Made by a program: the position numbers and the translations under genes. Below are positions 54,801 to 60,290 of a stretch of DNA of 60,290 bases, piece by piece. Below the pieces are notes generated by a model. The model was not told the DNA's origin. It did no database searches and was given only the letters and a program-made list of their open reading frames with translations. The DNA lies in assembly GCA_043228905.1 (NCBI GenBank), contig JBHGNT010000176.1, forward strand, positions 1 through 60,290. Direction: 5' to 3'. Position 1 is the first letter of the stretch. Each line of letters opens with the position of its first letter. This stretch comes from Azolla caroliniana. Its lineage: Eukaryota; Plantae; Polypodiophyta.

Positions 54801-57800
54801 CTCCTCAAATTTGGTATTTTCGTCATGTCTCTCGACCTGAGTTTCAAAATCTTGATTTTCTAATTCCATATCATAGCTAGCGTTGTTAGGTTCGATTCGC
54901 ATGTTTGAACACAAAAATCCGATATCACACGAGCCAGGAATGAACATTTTAATTTACTCAAGGGCTTCTCTCAACTCACTCCTCAAATTTGGTAATCTCA
55001 TCATGTCTCGCGACCTGAGTTTCAAAATCTTGATTTTTTAATTACATATCATAGCTAGCGTTGTTAGCTTCGATTCGCATGTTTGAACACAAAAATCCGA
55101 TATCACACGAGCCAGGTATGAACATTTTAATTTACTCAAGGGCTTCTCTCAACTCACTCCTCAAATTTGGTAATCTCATCATGTCTCTCGACCTGAGTTT
55201 CAAAATCTTGATTTTTTAATTCCATATCATAGCTAGCGTTGTTAGCTTCGATTCGCATGTTTGAACACAAAAATCCGATATCACACGAGGCAGGTATGAA
55301 CATTTTAATTTACCTACTAGCTCTTCTCAACTCCCTCCTGAAATTTGGTAATTTCGTCACGTCTCTCGACTTGAGTCTAAAAATCTTGATTTTTTTATTT
55401 CATATCATAGCTAGCGTTGTTAGCTTCGATTCGCATGTTTGAACACAAAAATCCAATATCACACGAGCCAGGTATGAACATTTTAATTTACATACTAGCT
55501 CTTCTCAACTCACTCCTCAAATTTGGTAATTTCGTCATGTCTCTCGACTTGAGTTTGAAAATCTTGATTTTTTTATTTCATATCATAGCTAGCGTTGTTA
55601 GCTTCGATTCGCATGTTTGAACACAAAAATCCGATATCACACGAGCCAGGTATGCACATTTTAATTTACTGACGCGCTCTTCTCAACTCCTTCCTCAAAT
55701 TTGCTAATTTTAATTTACTCAAGGGCTCCTCTCAACTCCCTCCTCATGTTTGCTATTTTCGTCATGTCTCTCGACCTGAGTTTCAAAATCTTGATTTTTT
55801 TATTTCATATCATAGCTAGCGTTGTTAGCTTCGATTCGCATGTTTGAACACAAAAATCCGATATCACACGAGCCAGGTATGAACATTTTAATTTAATCAA
55901 GGGCTCCTCTCAATTCCCTCGTCATGTTTGCTATTTTCGTCATGTCTCTCGACCTGAGTTTCAAAATCTTGATTTTTTAATTCTATATCATAGCTAGCGT
56001 TGTTAGCTTCGATTCGCATGTTTGAATACAAAAATCGGATGTCACACGAGCCAGGTATGAACATGTTAATTTACTCACGGGGTCGTCTCAACTCGTTCCT
56101 CAAATTTGCTAGCGTTGCTCACGGGGTCTTCTCAACTCTTTCCTCAAATTTGCTAATTTCTTCATGTCTCTCGACCTGTGTTTCAAATTCTTGATTTTTT
56201 TATTCCATATCATAGCTAGCGTTGTTAGCTTCGATTCGCATGTTTGAACACAAAAATCCTATATCACACGAGCCAGGTATGAACATTTTAATTTACTCAA
56301 GGGCTCCTCTCAACTCCCTCCTCATGTTTGCTAATTTCGTCATTTCTCTCGACCTGAGTTTCAAAATCTTGATTTTTTAATTCTATATCATAGCTAGCGT
56401 TGTTAGCTTCGATTCGCATGTTTGAACACAAAAATCCGATATCACACGAGCCAGGTATGAACATTTTAATTTACTCAAGGGCTCCTCTCAACTCCCTCCT
56501 CATGTTTGCTATTTTCGTCATGTCCCTCGACCAGAGTTTCAAAATCTTGATTTTTTAATTCTATATCATAGCTAGTGTTGTTAGCTTCGATTCGCATGTT
56601 TGAACACAAAAATCCGATATCACACGAGCCAGGTATAAACATGTTAATTTACTCACGGCGTCTTCTCAACTCCTTCCTCAAATTTGCTAATTTCTTCATG
56701 TCTCTCGACCTGTGTTTTAAAATCTTGATTTTTTAATTCCATATCATAGCTAGCGTTGTTAGCTTCGATTCGCATGTTTGAACACAAAAATCGGATATCA
56801 CACGAGCCAGGTATGAACATTTTAATTTACTCAAGGGCTCCTCTCAACTCCCTCCTCAAATTTGGTAATTTCGTCATGTCTCTCGACTTGTGTTTCAAAA
56901 TCTTGATTTTTTAATTCCAAATCATAGCTAGCGTTGTTAGCTTCGATTCACATGTTTGAACACAAAAATCCGATATCACACGAGCCAGGTATGAACATTT
57001 TCATTTACCCACTAGCTCTTCTCAACTGAATGCTCAAATTTGGTAATTTCATCATGTCTCTCGACCTGAGTTTCAAAATCTTGATTTTTCAATTCCATAT
57101 CATAGCTAGCATTCTTAGCTTCGATTCGCATGTTTGAACACAAAAATCCGATATCACACGAGCCAGGTATGAACATTTTAATTTACCCACTAGCTCTTCT
57201 CAACTCGCTCCTCAAATTTGGTAATTTCATCATGTCCCTCGACCTAAGTTTAAAAATCTTGATTTTTTTATTTCATATCATAGCCAGCGTTGTTAGCTTC
57301 GATTCGCATGTTTGAACACAAAAATCCGATATCACACGAGCCAGGTATGAACATTTTCATTTACCCACTAGCTCTTCTCAACTCCCTCCTCAAATTTGGT
57401 AATTTTGTCATGTCTCTCGACCTGTGTTTCAAAATCTGGATTTTCTAACTCCATATCATAGCTAGCGTTGTTAGCTTCGATTCGCATGTTTGAACACAGA
57501 AATCCGATATCACACGAGCCAGATATGAACATTTTAATTTACTCACAGGGTCTTCTCAACTCCTTCCTCAAATTTGCTAATTTCTTCATATCTCTCGACC
57601 TGAGTTTCAAAATCTTGATTTTTTAATTCTATATCCGATATCACACGAGCCAGTTTCATGTTTACTAATTTCGTCATGTCTCTCGACCTGTGTTTCAAAA
57701 TCTTGATTTTTTTATTTCACATCAGAGCTAGCGTTGTTAGCTTCGATTCGCATGTTTGAACACAAAAATCCGATATCACACGAGCCAGGTATGAACATTT

Positions 57801-59020
57801 TCATTTACTCACGGGGTCTTCTCAACTCCTTCCTCAAATTTGCTAATTTCTTCATGTCTCTCGACCTGTGTTTTAAAATCTTGATTTTTTAATTCCATAT
57901 CATAGCTAGCGTTGTTAGGTTCGATTCGCATGTTTGAACACAAAAATCCGATATCACACGAGCCAGGTATGAACATTTTAATTTACTCAAGAGCTCCTCT
58001 CAACTCCCTCCTCAAAATTGGTAATTTCGTCATGTCTCTCGACCTGTGTTTCAAAATCTTGATTTTTTAATTCCATATCATAGCTAGCGTTGTTAGGTTC
58101 GATTCGCATGTTTGAACACAAAAATCGGATATCACACGAGCCAGGTATGAACATCTTAATTTACTCAAGGGCTCCTCTCAACTCCCTCCTCATGTTTGCT
58201 ATTTTCGTCATGTCTCTCGACCTGGGTTTCAAAATCTTGATTTTTTTATTTCATATCATAGCTAGCGTTGTTAGCTTCGATTCGCATGTTTGAACACAAA
58301 AATCGGATATCACACGAGCCAGGTATGAACATTTTAATTTACTCAAGGGCTCCTCTCAACTCCCTCCTCATGTTTGCTAATTTCGTCATGTCTCTCGACC
58401 TGAGTTTTAAAATCTTGATTTTTTAATTCCATATCATAGCTAGCATTGTTAGCTTCGATTCGCATGTTTGAACATAAAAATCCGATATCACACGAGGCAG
58501 GTATGAACATTTTAATTTACCTACTAGCTCTTCTCAACTCCCTCCTGAAATTTGGTAATTTCGTCACGTCTCTCGACTTGAGTTTAAAAATCTTGATTTT
58601 TTTATTTCATATCATAGCTAGCGTTGTTAGCTTCGATTCGCATGTTTGAACACAAAAATCCGATATCACACGAGCCAGTTATGAACATTTTAATTTACTC
58701 AAGGGCTTCTCTCAACTCACTCCTCAAATTTGGTAATCTCATCATGTCTCTCGACTTGAGTTTGAAAATCTTGATTTTTTTATTTCATATCATAGCTAGC
58801 GTTGTTAGCTTCGATTCGCATGGTTGAACACAAAAATCCGATATCACACGAGCCAGGTATGCACATTTTAATTTACTGACGCGCTCTTCTCAACTCCTTC
58901 CTCAAATTTGCTAATTTTAATTTACTCAAGGGCTCCTCTCAACTCCCTCCTCATGTTTGCTATTTTCGTCATGTCTCTCGACCTGAGTTTCAAAATCTTG
59001 ATTTTTTTATTTCATATCAT
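45880..59020. repeat. Domain containing a divergent monomer subfamily interleaved with the main type
   Basis: Diagnostic variants not seen in the first 45 kb: GGGCTCCTCTC, CTCCCTCC, CATGTTTGCTA, CTCACGGGGTC, CCTACTAG/CCCACTAG/CATACTAG, CCTGTGTTT, TTTTTTATTTCAT. Confidence 0.88.
46374..47985. repeat. Out-of-register tandem duplication (period 837 bp) with a 125-bp truncated monomer at the junction
   Basis: The monomer starting at 47086 stops after 125 bp and the next starts at 47211. The monomer order from 46374 repeats from 47211. Identical ORFs at 46519 and 47356 are 837 bp apart. Confidence 0.87.
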
Positions 59021-59613
59021 AGCTAGCGTTGTTAGCTTCGATTCGCATGTTTGAACACAAAAATCCGATATCACACGAGCCAGGTATGAACATTTTAATT
59101 TAACTCATAGCTCTTCTTAACTCACTCCTCAAATTTGGTATTTTCGTCATGTCTCTCGACCTGAGTTTCAAAATCTTGATTTTCTAATTCCATATCATAG
59201 CTAGCGTTGTTAGGTTCGATTCGCATGTTTGAACACAAAAATCCGATATCACACGAGCCAGGAATGAACATTTTAATTTACTCAAGGGCTTCTCTCAACT
59301 CACTCCTCAAATTTGGTAATCTCATCATGTCTCGCGACCTGAGTTTCAAAATCTTGATTTTTTAATTACATATCATAGCTAGCGTTGTTAGCTTCGATTC
59401 GCATGTTTGAACACAAAAATCCGATATCACACGAGCCAGGTATGAACATTTTAATTTACTCAAGGGCTTCTCTCAACTCACTCCTCAAATTTGGTAATCT
59501 CATCATGTCTCTCGACCTGAGTTTCAAAATCTTGATTTTTTAATTCCATATCATAGCTAGCGTTGTTAGCTTCGATTCGCATGTTTGAACACAAAAATCC
59601 GATATCACACGAG
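50878..59613. repeat. Tandem duplication of a 4324-bp block (24 monomer equivalents including rearranged units)
   Basis: Rearranged units recur at +4324 (51304/55628, 51709/56033, 53177/57501, 54511/58835), as do ORF pairs 50915/55239 and 51676/56000. 4324 = 24x178 + 49 + 44 + 49 - 90. Confidence 0.93.
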
Positions 59614-60290
59614 CCAGGTATGAACATTTTAATTTAACTCATAGCTCTTCTTAACTCACTCCTCAACTTTGGTATTTTCGTCATGTCTTTCGACCTGAGT
59701 TTCAAAATCTTGATTTTCTAATTCCGTATCATAGCTAGCGTTGTTAGCTTCGATTCGCATGTTTGAACACAAAAATCCGATATCACACGAGCCAGGTACG
59801 AACATTTTAATTTACTCAAGGGCTTCTCTCAACTCACTCCTCAAATTTGGTAATCTCATCATGTCTCTCGACCTGAGTTTCAAAATCTTGATTTTTTAAT
59901 TCCATATCATAGCTAGCGTTGTTAGCTTCGATTCGCATGTTTGAACACAAAAATCCGATATCACACGAGCCAGGTATGAACATTTTAATTTACTCAAGGG
60001 CTTCTCTCAACTCACTCCTCAAATTTGGTAATCTCATCATGTCTCTCGACCTGAGTTTCAAAATCTTGATTTTTTAATTCCATATCATAGATAGCGTTGT
60101 TAGCTTCGATTCGCATGTTTGAACACAAAAATCCGATATCACACGAGCCAGGTATGAACATTTTAATTTACTCAAGGGCTTCTCTCAACTCACTCCTCAA
60201 ATTTGGTAATCTCATCATGTCTCTCGACCTGAGTTTCAAAATCTTGATTTTTTAATTCCATATCATAGCTAGCGTTGTTAGCTTCGATTC

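Larger units (their letters stand above)
1..60290. repeat. 178-bp tandem satellite DNA array, about 339 monomers, single orientation
   Basis: Consensus AATCCGATATCACACGAGCCAGGTATGAACATTTTAATTTACTCAAGGGCTTCTCTCAACTCACTCCTCAAATTTGGTAATCTCATCATGTCTCTCGACCTGAGTTTCAAAATCTTGATTTTTTAATTCCATATCATAGCTAGCGTTGTTAGCTTCGATTCGCATGTTTGAACACAAA recurs at 1, 179, 357 and so on to the end of the window. Most monomers carry one EcoRV site (GATATC) and one NheI site (GCTAGC). Occasional 177-bp units come mostly from T6-to-T5 shortening. Confidence 0.99.

Noticed and set aside
9752-58827. 26 short ORFs of 61-67 aa (MLASIRMFEHKNPISHEPGMN... and minus-strand MxKLKCSYLARV...)
   Set aside because: They are translations of the satellite, appearing where a variant removes a stop codon (for example TAA at positions 124-126). 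Most start at TTG, 178 is not a multiple of 3, and I recognise no protein domain.
1-60290. CRISPR-like array (constant part plus variable part)
   Set aside because: The variable segments are alleles of one sequence, not unique spacers. The unit is 178 bp and there are no cas genes.

Overview
The whole window is one uninterrupted head-to-tail satellite array of about 339 copies of a 178-bp monomer (about 37% GC by hand count of the consensus). I see no genes, transposons or inversions, and every ORF in the track is a by-product of the repeat. Arabidopsis-type telomeric DNA (TTTAGGG) inside the array points to a plant or green-lineage heterochromatic satellite; centromeric versus subtelomeric location and the species cannot be determined from the sequence. 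The most unusual signal is telomeric sequence sitting exactly at deletion junctions: (TTTAGGG)5 at 14352-14386, and AACCCTAAACCC in the opposite orientation at 24441-24452. Each replaces about 101-102 bp of satellite (modulo 178). A weaker 5-bp GGGTT patch occurs at 45582 and 49445. These look like double-strand-break repair scars filled by telomerase or by telomere-templated synthesis. The array also records microhomology and template-switch scars with clustered breakpoints, nested higher-order duplications (5-, 15-, 17- and 24-mers), long-range block transfer, a gene-conversion patch and an interleaved divergent subfamily (about 45.9-59.0 kb). Monomer positions below count from AATCCGATATC = 1.
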